Shown here in pieces: positions 11,486 through 21,301 of a DNA stretch of 64,000 nucleotides. The stretch's first letter is position 1, and every line of letters begins with the position of its first letter. Below the pieces are notes generated by a model. The model was given only the letters and a program-made list of their open reading frames with translations, was not told where the DNA came from and ran no database searches. This DNA is from Comamonadaceae bacterium. Lineage in GTDB: Bacteria > Pseudomonadota > Gammaproteobacteria > Burkholderiales > Burkholderiaceae_C. The stretch is taken from NCBI GenBank assembly GCA_947450895.1, contig CANFWT010000006.1:11048-75047 (forward strand), read 5' to 3'. The position numbers and the translations under genes were made by a program.

Positions 11486-13947
11486 ATGTAAAAGTATTTT
11501 TGGTGATGAATGAAAAGCAAAACAACAGTCCTTTAAGGGTGGGTAATCTGGCGCTGAACAGTGGGCAATTTGCAGAGGCCTTGGCGCTGTATGCAGACGC
11601 GATTGCGGCGTTTCCAGGATTTGAAAAGTCTCTGGCGGTGAACATTCAGCGTGCACACGAAGGGCTGCGAGCCGCTACGGTTGCGCAAGAGAAGCTGCCG
11701 CATGCGCTGGACGTGGTGCCCCTTGCCCAATTAACGGCTGACGCGCACCGCGCCAGCACCTGGCATTCAACGGGCGGAGACCCTTGCTTTGAAGTGTTGC
11801 AGCCAGACAGACAAGCTTTGTCGGCGGGATGGTACTTGCTGAACCTGGTCATTGAGACGGATGCGGCCCGCAAGTGTGCCAAGTTTTATTTGGACTACGG
11901 CAACGGTTACTCGGAGCCTGATTCAGCCAGTCTGCCCTACAAGTCCAATCAAGCGGCTTCGCGGGTGATGCGCGCCACCGCAGGGTTGAAGCGCCTGCGC
12001 TTTGACCCGCTGGAATGCCCTGGCGCCTTTCGCTTGGACCAATTGAGCTGCCAGCGGCTGGACGAAGAGCAGGCGCTGCAATGGATGCTGGATTTTCTGG
12101 CCCAAGAAAGCCTGGACCGCACGCCGCAAACGCCCCAACAGATACGCGAAACGGTTCGCACGCAGGCCGTGGCCAGGGGTCAGCCCTTTGCCGAAGAACT
12201 CTTGGCGGTCTATGAGGAGAGCCTGGTGTACCGGCCGGGTTGCGCCACCTACACGCAGTGGATCGAAAATGTGGAGCAACCCAGCCTGCCAAGCCGGACG
12301 CAAGCGGTGGATATGGTGGAGGCAATGGCGCACAAACCGTTGGTGTCGGTGCTGCTGCCCACTTACAACACCGATCCGGTGTATTTGCGCGCCTGCATTG
12401 ACTCTGTGCTGCACCAAAGTTACCCCCACTGGGAGTTATGCATTGCCGACGATGCCTCGCCGATGCCGCACGTGCGTGAGATATTGAGCGACTACGCGTC
12501 GCAGGACTCGCGCATCAAAGTGTGTTTTCGCCCAGAAAACGGCCATATTTCTGCGGCATCAAACTCTGCGTTGGCGCTGGCCCAGGGCGAGTTTGTGGCC
12601 CTACTAGACCATGACGATGTGTTGCCGCAGCACGCCTTGTTGTTTGTCGTGCAGGCCATCAACCAAACGCCGGATGCGCAAGTGCTGTACAGCGACGAGG
12701 ACAAGCTCAATAAAAAGGGCGAACGCTTTGACGTGCACTTTAAGAGCGACTGGAACCCGGACCTGTTTTTCTCGCAAAACTATGTGTCGCACTTGGGCGT
12801 TTATCGCAGGGCTTTGTTGCAGCGCATTCATGGGTTTAGAGTTGGCTTGGAGGGCAGCCAAGACCAAGACTTGCTGCTGCGCTGTCTGCCGCACGTCAGC
12901 GTACAACAGATCGTGCATATTCCAAAGGTGCTGTACCACTGGCGCGCTGTAGAAGGATCTACTGCGTCGGGCGCCAATCGAAAAAATTACACCACCAGTG
13001 CCGGTATAAGGGCCTTGCGAGATTATTTCGCCCAGCAGGGCCCCGCAGGAATGCGAATCGCCGCGGGTGCGGTGCCCAATACTTACAAACTAAGCTGGCC
13101 TGTCCCTCAACCAGCACCCTTGGTAAGTTTGCTGATACCTACACGCGACAGAAAAGAAGTCACCGAAGTGGCGGTGTGCAGTATTTTAGAAAAAACCAGC
13201 TACACGAATTTTGAAATTCTTATACTTGACAACGGCAGCATTGAGGAGGAAACACTCCGATGGTTCAATGCGATACAGCGCCAAGACGCCCGCGTACGAG
13301 TTTTGCGGTATGACTACCCATTTAATTATTCAGCAATTAATAATTTCGGAGCAAGAAACGCACGCGGCACCATATTGGGCTTGGTAAATAATGATGTAGA
13401 AATTATCAGCCCTGACTGGCTGACCGAAATGGTGGGACACGCCAGCCGCAAGGACGTGGGCTGCGTGGGTGCAAAACTGTATTATGAAAATGACACTTTG
13501 CAGCATGGCGGAGTCATCATCGGCATCGGCGGCGTGGCTGGCCACTCGCACAAGTACGCCAAACGCCATGCGCCCGGCTACTTCAGCCGCTTGCTACTCA
13601 CCCAGACGTTGAGCGCAGTGACCGCCGCATGTCTTGTAGTGCGCAAAGACGTGTACCATGAGGTTCAAGGACTGGATGAAAAGAACCTTTCGGTTGCTTT
13701 TAACGATATCGACTTTTGTCTGAAAGTATTGCAAGCCGGCTACCGCAACCTTTGGACCCCCCACGCCGAGCTATACCACTACGAATCCATCAGCCGTGGA
13801 ACAGAAGACACCCCGGAAAAGCAATTGCGGTTCCAAAAGGAAGTGAGATATATGAAAAAGAAGTGGGGAAATACATTAAGTCTCGATCCGTTTTACAGTC
13901 CACATTTGAGTCTGGAGCGTGAGGATTTTAGTATTGCTTTGGTTTAA
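11482..13947 (+). CDS. Multi-domain GT2 glycosyltransferase (TPR + two GT2 domains)
   Basis: VSVLLPTYNT, DDAS, LLDHDD, YSDEDK, GSQDQDL; second domain LLIPTRD, FNYSAINN, LVNNDVE, FNDIDFCL. Start may be 11506. Confidence 0.9.
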   Translation: MNVKVFLVMNEKQNNSPLRVGNLALNSGQFAEALALYADAIAAFPGFEKSLAVNIQRAHEGLRAATVAQEKLPHALDVVPLAQLTADAHRASTWHSTGGDPCFEVLQPDRQALSAGWYLLNLVIETDAARKCAKFYLDYGNGYSEPDSASLPYKSNQAASRVMRATAGLKRLRFDPLECPGAFRLDQLSCQRLDEEQALQWMLDFLAQESLDRTPQTPQQIRETVRTQAVARGQPFAEELLAVYEESLVYRPGCATYTQWIENVEQPSLPSRTQAVDMVEAMAHKPLVSVLLPTYNTDPVYLRACIDSVLHQSYPHWELCIADDASPMPHVREILSDYASQDSRIKVCFRPENGHISAASNSALALAQGEFVALLDHDDVLPQHALLFVVQAINQTPDAQVLYSDEDKLNKKGERFDVHFKSDWNPDLFFSQNYVSHLGVYRRALLQRIHGFRVGLEGSQDQDLLLRCLPHVSVQQIVHIPKVLYHWRAVEGSTASGANRKNYTTSAGIRALRDYFAQQGPAGMRIAAGAVPNTYKLSWPVPQPAPLVSLLIPTRDRKEVTEVAVCSILEKTSYTNFEILILDNGSIEEETLRWFNAIQRQDARVRVLRYDYPFNYSAINNFGARNARGTILGLVNNDVEIISPDWLTEMVGHASRKDVGCVGAKLYYENDTLQHGGVIIGIGGVAGHSHKYAKRHAPGYFSRLLLTQTLSAVTAACLVVRKDVYHEVQGLDEKNLSVAFNDIDFCLKVLQAGYRNLWTPHAELYHYESISRGTEDTPEKQLRFQKEVRYMKKKWGNTLSLDPFYSPHLSLEREDFSIALV

Positions 13948-14120
13948 TTTGCGGCGCTAAGGTTTTTTATTGCACTAATATTTAGTTATTGGGTGTAAAA
14001 AATTAATTATTAAACTATTCGGCAATATTTATATAATATCTATCATGGCTAAATGTTAATTTTCTATCCTCGTTAAAAGTAAAAAAATTAATTTAAACGT
14101 ATCAAAAATGGGGTAAGGTT

Positions 14121-15233
14121 GTGATAAAAAAGTGGTATTTTGCCATCAATGATTCGGGAGTTGAGGGATACGAATATATGATTAAGGCGGCTGTTTTGTC
14201 TGCCCAAAAATATACTTCGTTGTTGCCGCACTGTATTTACTATGGACAAGATGCCGCGATTATGGGTTGGTTGCGTGATCATGATGTGAGGATCATTAAT
14301 AGAACATCCTCTTTTATCGATGAAATACACGCTACTGCTGACAATGGTAATTGGACAAAAGCAATTGCGACCGGCGCTTACCTCAGGTTGGACATACCAA
14401 TCATAGAAGTGGAAGATGAATATGTTCTGTACACGGACTGCGATGTCTTGTTTACTGAAAATTTTTCCGCTCCGGAGGACCGCCCAGAATATTTTTCGGC
14501 AGCGCCTGAAAATGAAATCGATAATTGGAGTTTTTTTAACACGGGGGTAATGGTAATTAATGTCCCCGCCATGCGCGGTGAGATGCAGCGGATTCGAACT
14601 GAGACTCGCGGGCGGTTGAATGGGCTATGGAAAACTGGGCGCGGGACCTATGATCAGGGCATATTAAATGAAACATTTAAAGACGCTTGGAATAGGCTGA
14701 ATCCTATTTACAACTGGAAGCCTTATTGGGGGGTTAACCCTGATGCGAAAATAATCCATTTTCACGGGCCTAAGCCGGCGCACATATTTAAAATTATTTC
14801 AAATAATACCGACCGAATTCCAAGCTTATATCAAAATATGGTTGCTCGGTCACCTGTATCGATGTCTCATTATTTAGAGGTTTTTGATGAATTCAATACC
14901 AGAAACGTCCAAGTTATGTACAGGGGGTTTATAGATGGCTTTTCAGTGTCTGGTGAAAATTTGGTAATTGGTGGATGGATTTGTGTTAATGGTCGCTCCG
15001 TTGATGGCTTGAAGGTTTATTTGAATGGGTGTCTTGCTGTTTGTGATAGTTTTGTCAAGATTGAGCGAGAACACGTTGCCAATAAATTTAATTTGTCTGA
15101 CACGATGCTTGGTTTTGAAGTGCGGGTCTCTGTAAAACAAACTAAGTATCCAATTCATTTTTCAGTGTTTAGCAGCGATGCTCGATTTAGGCTGCCTTCA
15201 TCGCTAGGCCAGGATTTAACGGTGGCTAATTGA
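14121..15233 (+). CDS. GT8-family glycosyltransferase with C-terminal extension
   Basis: AYLRLDIP, YTDCDV (DxD), FNTGVMVIN, DQGILN, IIHFHGPKP; low GC. Confidence 0.8.
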   Translation: MIKKWYFAINDSGVEGYEYMIKAAVLSAQKYTSLLPHCIYYGQDAAIMGWLRDHDVRIINRTSSFIDEIHATADNGNWTKAIATGAYLRLDIPIIEVEDEYVLYTDCDVLFTENFSAPEDRPEYFSAAPENEIDNWSFFNTGVMVINVPAMRGEMQRIRTETRGRLNGLWKTGRGTYDQGILNETFKDAWNRLNPIYNWKPYWGVNPDAKIIHFHGPKPAHIFKIISNNTDRIPSLYQNMVARSPVSMSHYLEVFDEFNTRNVQVMYRGFIDGFSVSGENLVIGGWICVNGRSVDGLKVYLNGCLAVCDSFVKIEREHVANKFNLSDTMLGFEVRVSVKQTKYPIHFSVFSSDARFRLPSSLGQDLTVAN

Positions 15234-15506
15234 TTTTGGTATGAGAATTTGCACTGATTTGACGTTATAGCCACGCACTAAGTTGAGACGACTAGGTGGA
15301 TGGTCTTTGCACCGTGTAATTAGGTCATTTTCAGGTGAGGCGGCTCAGCGCCCGATATTCTTCCTGGTAGGTGGTCTCTTTTGGGAGCCCTTTTGGGCAT
15401 TTAGCGACGGTTCTCGCGCGATTGACCTCACCAATTTCAGCGCTCCGCGCATGCCCAACTCGTCCTAGCCCCGGGCCGACAGCCCGCGCACTAAGCCCCA
15501 ACCAAG

Positions 15507-16280
15507 CTACGGCATAAGCAGTGGTTTGACCAGCATCCACACTGCGGTGGCAAACACCATGCAGGCGAAGGCGGTGCGCATGCCTTGTTCTGGCAGCCGG
15601 TGGGCCAAGGCCACCCCCGCGGACACGGTAAACAGGCCTCCGACGGCCATGGGCAAACCCACGGCCCAATGGACGCGGTGGGCATGGCTGTAAGTGATGA
15701 GCGCGATGATGGAGCTGGGGGCCACCAGGGCCAGAGACAGGCTTTGCGCCACCGTTTGGCGCTGCCTGAACCAGCCCTGAAAGATGGGGGTGGCGATCAA
15801 TCCGCCGCCCACACCCAGCAAGCCCATGCTGCTGCCACCGAGTACGCCCACCAGCGGCATGTAGCGCAGGTCGCGTGCTTTGTGCGGCAGTGCGGCGCCA
15901 CCCACAGAACTTTGCCTGAGCATGCGCAGGGAAACGGCCAGCAAGAACAGGCTGAATACGCTGCGCATCAGGTCCGAAGGCAGCCGGGTGGCCAGTTGCG
16001 CCACCAGCCAGGTGGTGGTGCACGCGATTGCGCCAATTTGCAGTGCCAGCTTGGGGGCCACGGGATGGCGCTGGCTGTAGCGCAGCCACGCTATCAGCAG
16101 ATTGGGCACCATCATGACCAAGGCCGTGCCTTGGGCCACTGCCTGGTCCAGGCCCAAGCCCAGAACCAGCAGCGGAATGGCGATGATGCCTCCGCCAATG
16201 CCAAACAGGCCGCCAAAAAAGCCAAGTGCTGCGCCCAACCCCAGCATTTCTAACAGTTCAAGCAGGGAAACATCGGGCAT
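15507..16280 (-). CDS. Sulfite exporter TauE/SafE (TSUP) family
   Basis: GLFGIGGGIIAIP repeated as GLLGVGGGLIATP; about 8 TM segments. Confidence 0.88.
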   Translation of the reverse strand: MPDVSLLELLEMLGLGAALGFFGGLFGIGGGIIAIPLLVLGLGLDQAVAQGTALVMMVPNLLIAWLRYSQRHPVAPKLALQIGAIACTTTWLVAQLATRLPSDLMRSVFSLFLLAVSLRMLRQSSVGGAALPHKARDLRYMPLVGVLGGSSMGLLGVGGGLIATPIFQGWFRQRQTVAQSLSLALVAPSSIIALITYSHAHRVHWAVGLPMAVGGLFTVSAGVALAHRLPEQGMRTAFACMVFATAVWMLVKPLLMP

Positions 16281-16395
16281 GGAGTGGGCGCCGCACAGGC
16301 GCAAAAAGGGGCGCAAAAAGGGGGCAAGTGTACGCAGTGGCCGGCAGGGGTGTATGGCCAGTGGTTGCGGCGGGTATTTACGGTATTCTTAAGCA

Positions 16396-17826
16396 ATGCC
16401 TTCTGTTTCATCATCCATCCACAGCGCGCTGCGCGGTGTCGCACCCTTGGTGCAATGGGCTGGCGTGCGCCACAGCCGCGAGCTAACAGCGCACCGGGTG
16501 GTGCGCAATGGCTTGCCGCAAACCAATGCCAGCGCGCTGGACGAGGGCGCCATGTGCGAGGTGCTGGTGGACGGGCATTTTGGCCACGCGGCTACCGCCG
16601 ACCTCAGCGCGTCGGGTTTGCAGCGGGCTTTTGAGCGCGCCGTGGCGACTACCCAGGCCACCAGTGCACGCGGCGCTTACCGATTTGAAGCGCGCCACCG
16701 TCCGGCAGCGCAGGGCAGCTTTCGCAGCGCGCGCGTGCGCGATCTCGACGCCACCGGTTTGGCCGAAATCACCGATTGCCTGGTGGCGGCCACTGCTGCC
16801 ATGCAGCTGTCTGACTTGCTGGTGACCCGTGTAGCGCACGCGATGCTGGTGCAAACCCAGATTGATTGCTACGCCACCAACGGCATGCAGACGCAGCAAA
16901 ACTTTGACCTGGTGTCCCTACAGCTTGCCGCCACTGCGGCGCAGGGCAGCGAGTCGCAGACCCGCACCTGGTCGCGCACGGGGCAGTTTGGTGGCGAGGT
17001 GTTTGCGCGTGAGGAAGTGGTGGCGCAGGCCGCCCGCGTGGCGCACGATGCGCTGGACTTGCTCCAAGCGCCCAATTGCCCCAGCGGCGCGATGGACCTG
17101 GTGTTGATGCCCGACCAGATGATGCTGCAAATCCACGAGTCCATTGGGCACCCGCTGGAGCTTGATCGAATTTTGGGCGACGAGCGCAATTACGCGGGTT
17201 GGAGCTTTGTCAAGCCCGAGGACTTTGGCCATCTGCGCTACGGCTCGCACTTGATGAACGTCTGCTTTGACCCGACGCGGGAGCACCAATTCGCCAGCTA
17301 CGCCTTTGACGACGGCGGCCACGCCGCACGCAAGGAAATGCTCATTGAGGACGGCTTGTTGCTGCGCGGGCTGGGCTCGATCGAGTCGCAGGAGCGTTCG
17401 GGCCTGCCCGGCGTGGCCAATTTTCGTTCAGCGTCTTGGAACCGGGCACCCATCGACCGCATGGCCAACATCAACTTGGTGCCGGGGTCTTCGACCCTGG
17501 AAGAGCTGGTGGGGCAGGTGGAGTATGGCATTCTGATGGCGAGTAACCGGTCTTGGTCCATCGATGATTACCGCAACAAGTTCCAGTTTGGGTGTGAGCA
17601 CGGCCAATTGATTGAAGACGGTCGCCTGGGCGCCGTGGTGCGCAACCCCAATTACCGGGGGGTGACGGTGGATTTTTGGAGCCGCTTGGCGGGTGTGGGG
17701 CGCGACGATGAGGCCCATGGCACGCCTTACTGCGGCAAGGGCGAACCCAGCCAGGTCATTCGCGTAGGCCACGCCTCGCCGCCCTGCCTGTTTCGTGGCA
17801 TCGATGTTTTTGGCGGCCAGGCATGA
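16396..17826 (+). CDS. tldD: TldD-family metalloprotease
   Basis: HESIGH (HExxxH), FDDGG, RMANINL, CGKGEPSQ..VGHASP. Confidence 0.9.
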   Translation: MPSVSSSIHSALRGVAPLVQWAGVRHSRELTAHRVVRNGLPQTNASALDEGAMCEVLVDGHFGHAATADLSASGLQRAFERAVATTQATSARGAYRFEARHRPAAQGSFRSARVRDLDATGLAEITDCLVAATAAMQLSDLLVTRVAHAMLVQTQIDCYATNGMQTQQNFDLVSLQLAATAAQGSESQTRTWSRTGQFGGEVFAREEVVAQAARVAHDALDLLQAPNCPSGAMDLVLMPDQMMLQIHESIGHPLELDRILGDERNYAGWSFVKPEDFGHLRYGSHLMNVCFDPTREHQFASYAFDDGGHAARKEMLIEDGLLLRGLGSIESQERSGLPGVANFRSASWNRAPIDRMANINLVPGSSTLEELVGQVEYGILMASNRSWSIDDYRNKFQFGCEHGQLIEDGRLGAVVRNPNYRGVTVDFWSRLAGVGRDDEAHGTPYCGKGEPSQVIRVGHASPPCLFRGIDVFGGQA

Positions 17827-19169
17827 GCCAGCACCACTTTTCCAGCCAGGTGCGTGCGCTGTTTGACGCGGTGTGCGATGACTTGTTCTCCCGCCTGCAG
17901 GCTGGCGAGGACCTGACGGTGAATCTGGCGTCGGAAGACACGCTGTTCATCCGCTTTAACGGCAACCGCGTGCGGCAAAACACCGACGTGACGCAGCACG
18001 TGCTGACATTGACCTTGCATGCCAGAGGCAGCAGCGTGGAGCTGGCGCTGAGCCTGAGCGGGCGCAGCGGCCATGACTGTGCGGCCGCCGGTGCTGCGCT
18101 GCTGCGCTGCCGCGCCGAGGCGGCGGTCTTGCCGCTGGACCCCCACCAGGTACCCATGCAAAACAATGGCCGCAGCGAGGAAGAGTTCCGTGGCAGCCTG
18201 TTGTCCGCACGCGCGTTGGTGGACGCCATCACCGGGCCAGCCAGCGGTTGCGACCTGGTAGGCCTGTACGCCGGTGGCGCGATCGTGCGTGCCAACCGCA
18301 ACTCGCAAGGGCAAAACCACTGGTTCTACAGCGAGAGCTTCTTTTTTGACTATTCGCTCTACCACGGGCCGCAGGCGGTCAAAAGTGTGTATGCCGGCGC
18401 CGTCTGGGACCACGCCGACTGGGCGGCCAATGTACTGCGCAGCCAAAGCCTGCTGGCCCTTTTGGCCCGGCCGCGCCAGGAGATCAAGCCAGGCGCCTAC
18501 CGCAGCTACCTGGCGCCTGCAGCGTTTGCCGATTTTGTGGGCATGTTGGGCTGGGACGCCTTGTCGGCTGCAGCGTGGAAGCAAGGGCGCAGTCCCTTGA
18601 AAAAGCTGGTCGACAAAGCGTTGTCTTTGTCGCCCTTGCTGACCGTTGAAGAAAACTTCGGCCTGGGCCTGAGCCCGCGCTTTAACGACCAGGGCGAGGT
18701 GGCAGCGGGACGCTTGCCGCTGATTCTGGGTGGGGAATTGCAGCACTTGCTGGTGAGCACACGCAGCGCCAAAGAATACGGCCTGGTATCCAACGGCGCA
18801 GCCCAGAGCGAGGCGCCACGCGCCCTGGACGTGGGCGCTGGCAGCCTGGCTGAAGCCGATATCTTGAAGAGCTTGGGCACAGGCCTTTACCTGTCCAACC
18901 TGCACTATTTGAACTGGAGCGACCCGGTGTCGGCCCGCATTACCGGTATGACGCGCTATGCCTGTTTTTGGGTCGAAGGCGGCGAGATCGTGGGCCCTAT
19001 CAACAACCTGCGCTGGGACGAGAGCGTGTTCAGCGCATTGGGCAGCAAACTGATGGGCTTGAGCAGCCAGCGTGAGATCGCGCCCGCGGTAGGCACCTAC
19101 CACGAGCGCGCGTTGGGCGGTGCGCGCACGCCGGGCGCACTGATCGACGCGTTTGGTTTTACCCTGTGA
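17823..19169 (+). CDS. TldE/PmbA-family partner subunit
   Basis: Overlaps tldD (ATGA); no HExxxH; ITGMTRYACFWVEGGEI..PINNLRWDES. Confidence 0.85.
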   Translation: MSQHHFSSQVRALFDAVCDDLFSRLQAGEDLTVNLASEDTLFIRFNGNRVRQNTDVTQHVLTLTLHARGSSVELALSLSGRSGHDCAAAGAALLRCRAEAAVLPLDPHQVPMQNNGRSEEEFRGSLLSARALVDAITGPASGCDLVGLYAGGAIVRANRNSQGQNHWFYSESFFFDYSLYHGPQAVKSVYAGAVWDHADWAANVLRSQSLLALLARPRQEIKPGAYRSYLAPAAFADFVGMLGWDALSAAAWKQGRSPLKKLVDKALSLSPLLTVEENFGLGLSPRFNDQGEVAAGRLPLILGGELQHLLVSTRSAKEYGLVSNGAAQSEAPRALDVGAGSLAEADILKSLGTGLYLSNLHYLNWSDPVSARITGMTRYACFWVEGGEIVGPINNLRWDESVFSALGSKLMGLSSQREIAPAVGTYHERALGGARTPGALIDAFGFTL

Positions 19170-21280
19170 GTCGGTGGTGGGCATTGCTGGCGGCCTTGTG
19201 GTGCGCGCCACTTTGGGCCACCGAAATACCGTTGGCGGTGCAAATCTACCCCACGGTGCAACGCCCCGACGGGCCCTGGAGCACACTGAATTTTTGGGTG
19301 GATGGCGACGATTTGGTGGTGGACGCGCTGCTGCTGGCGCAAGGAGGCGCGCTGCAATCGGTGCGCACTGCGCCCGACGGCCTGGGCGAGTCGGACACGG
19401 CGCTGACGGTCTACATTGATGTCAGCGGCCAAGGCAAATATGCCTTGCTGTTTGCGGTCAATCCCGAGGGCTCGGTGGTGGATGGCAATTACCAAGAGGC
19501 TGCCAACCACGACGGCCATCCCTTTGGCAACACCGGTGCGGACTACCGCTGGCGCGTGCAGACCCAGGCACAGGCGCAATCCTGGTCGGCCCAGATGCGC
19601 ATCCCGTTGCGCGAACTCGGCTTGGTGCCGGGGCTCCTACCGAAGGTGTATGTGGAATACAAGGCGGTCAGCGACACAGTGCGGGTACTGGCCTCGGGCG
19701 ATTCCCTGGCCCAAGGGGGCTGCAAGCTTTGCGCTGCCCAGGCGCTGCCCGAGCTCTCTGGCCTGCGCGTTGCGCGCCAGGCCTGGCGTCTGGAGCCCGG
19801 TGTCTATGCGCAGTGGCAGGCTGGCGGTGGCGCTGCGCCAGGCGCCACGTCGACAGACCACAAAGCCAGCCTGAATGTGGCCTGGCAAGCCAGCGACGCG
19901 CTCGAGGTGCGGGCCACCATCAACCCTAACTTTGTGGAACGCGCGCCGGACCTGCCAGTGCTGGGCTACGCCGAGCAATTCACCCCCGAGCGCGAAGAAA
20001 CACGGCAGTTTTTTGCCGCCGCCACAGACTTGCTGCAAAGCCCGGGGCTCAAACTGGTGAACACCCGCGCCATCGGCATGCCCAGCGCAGCCGCAGCGGC
20101 GCAGTTGCAAACCACGCAGTGGCGGGCGCTGGCACTGGTGGCGCAAGAGGAGCCGGGCGGCCTCTTGCTGCTGCCGGGCCGGTTTGGCAACAGTTTTGTC
20201 ACCTTGGGCCAAACGCAGACCACCCTGGTCAAAGGTGTGCAGGCCTTGGCGCAAGGCGAGGTCGCCTGGACGGCGGTGGACCGCCAGTACACCGGCATAG
20301 GCGCTACGCAGCTGCTGGCAGCGCACGCCAATGTGCGCTGGGAGGGCGGCAACAGCGTGTTTGGCCAATGGGCGCAGAGCCAGACCAACGCCTGTGCCTC
20401 CGCCCCGGACCTGGTGTCTTGTGACCCGCGCGGCGGGCAGGCGGCCTACCTGCGCCTGAACCACGCCAGTGCCGAAAGCGGGTGGAGTGTGGAGCACTTT
20501 TCGCTGGACGACGACTTTCGCGCCGATGTGGGCTGGGTCAGCCAGGTGGGTGTGCGCAAGTGGCGCCTGGATGCATTCCGGCAATGGGAACACCCTGCGG
20601 CGGGCCTGGAGAGTCTGCGCGTAGCCCCATTTTTCAGCGCGCGCAAGGACCAGTCGGGCCAGCCGCTGAGCACCTTTGCCGGGACCGACGTGGTGCTGGT
20701 GGGCGCGAATGGTCTGGAGTACTACCTCACGCTCATGCCCGTGGCCAGTGGGCGTTTGCAAGCATCCGCCCTGTCCGTGCCGCAGCGCCAAATCTGGCTG
20801 GGCTTGTCCGCCTATCCGGGCGGCGTGGTCAGCGCCTGGCAGCTCAATCTGGGCCTGGGCGAGTTGCCAGATTTTTACCATGCCTTGCCTGGCCAGGGTT
20901 TCAATGCCAGCGGCAATGCCAACCTCAGCCTGGGCAAGGCGATCCGGCTGCAGGTTAACGCCCAGGTGTACAGCACCCACGCCGACAGCGCAGTGGCCTA
21001 CACCGGTCCGTCGTACCAGGCGGCAGCGGCGCAAGTCAGCGCCAATTGGCAGTACCAGACCTTTGCGCGCTGGCGCTATGTGCTCACCCACAGCTCCGAG
21101 CAGGTGCTCGACTGGGTGTCCCTGCAAAGCCCGACTTCTCACCAGTGGGCGCAAAGCCTGCTGTGGGAAGAGGCGCCACGCCAAGGCTGGGGCCGCACCG
21201 TTTCCTTGACCCAAAGCCACAACGGGCAGGACGCGGAAAACGTGCTGTCCGTGGTGGCCCAGCTCAAGTACGCGTGGTAG
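19166..21280 (+). CDS. DUF5916-like exported protein (CBM9-like N-domain plus probable beta-barrel)
   Basis: Signal peptide; WSAQMRIPLREL; ATINPNF...EETRQFF...NTRAIG; C-terminal aromatic (YAW). Confidence 0.65.
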   Translation: MSRWWALLAALWCAPLWATEIPLAVQIYPTVQRPDGPWSTLNFWVDGDDLVVDALLLAQGGALQSVRTAPDGLGESDTALTVYIDVSGQGKYALLFAVNPEGSVVDGNYQEAANHDGHPFGNTGADYRWRVQTQAQAQSWSAQMRIPLRELGLVPGLLPKVYVEYKAVSDTVRVLASGDSLAQGGCKLCAAQALPELSGLRVARQAWRLEPGVYAQWQAGGGAAPGATSTDHKASLNVAWQASDALEVRATINPNFVERAPDLPVLGYAEQFTPEREETRQFFAAATDLLQSPGLKLVNTRAIGMPSAAAAAQLQTTQWRALALVAQEEPGGLLLLPGRFGNSFVTLGQTQTTLVKGVQALAQGEVAWTAVDRQYTGIGATQLLAAHANVRWEGGNSVFGQWAQSQTNACASAPDLVSCDPRGGQAAYLRLNHASAESGWSVEHFSLDDDFRADVGWVSQVGVRKWRLDAFRQWEHPAAGLESLRVAPFFSARKDQSGQPLSTFAGTDVVLVGANGLEYYLTLMPVASGRLQASALSVPQRQIWLGLSAYPGGVVSAWQLNLGLGELPDFYHALPGQGFNASGNANLSLGKAIRLQVNAQVYSTHADSAVAYTGPSYQAAAAQVSANWQYQTFARWRYVLTHSSEQVLDWVSLQSPTSHQWAQSLLWEEAPRQGWGRTVSLTQSHNGQDAENVLSVVAQLKYAW

Positions 21281-21301
21281 GGCGGGCGTGGCCCTGCTTG
21301 G

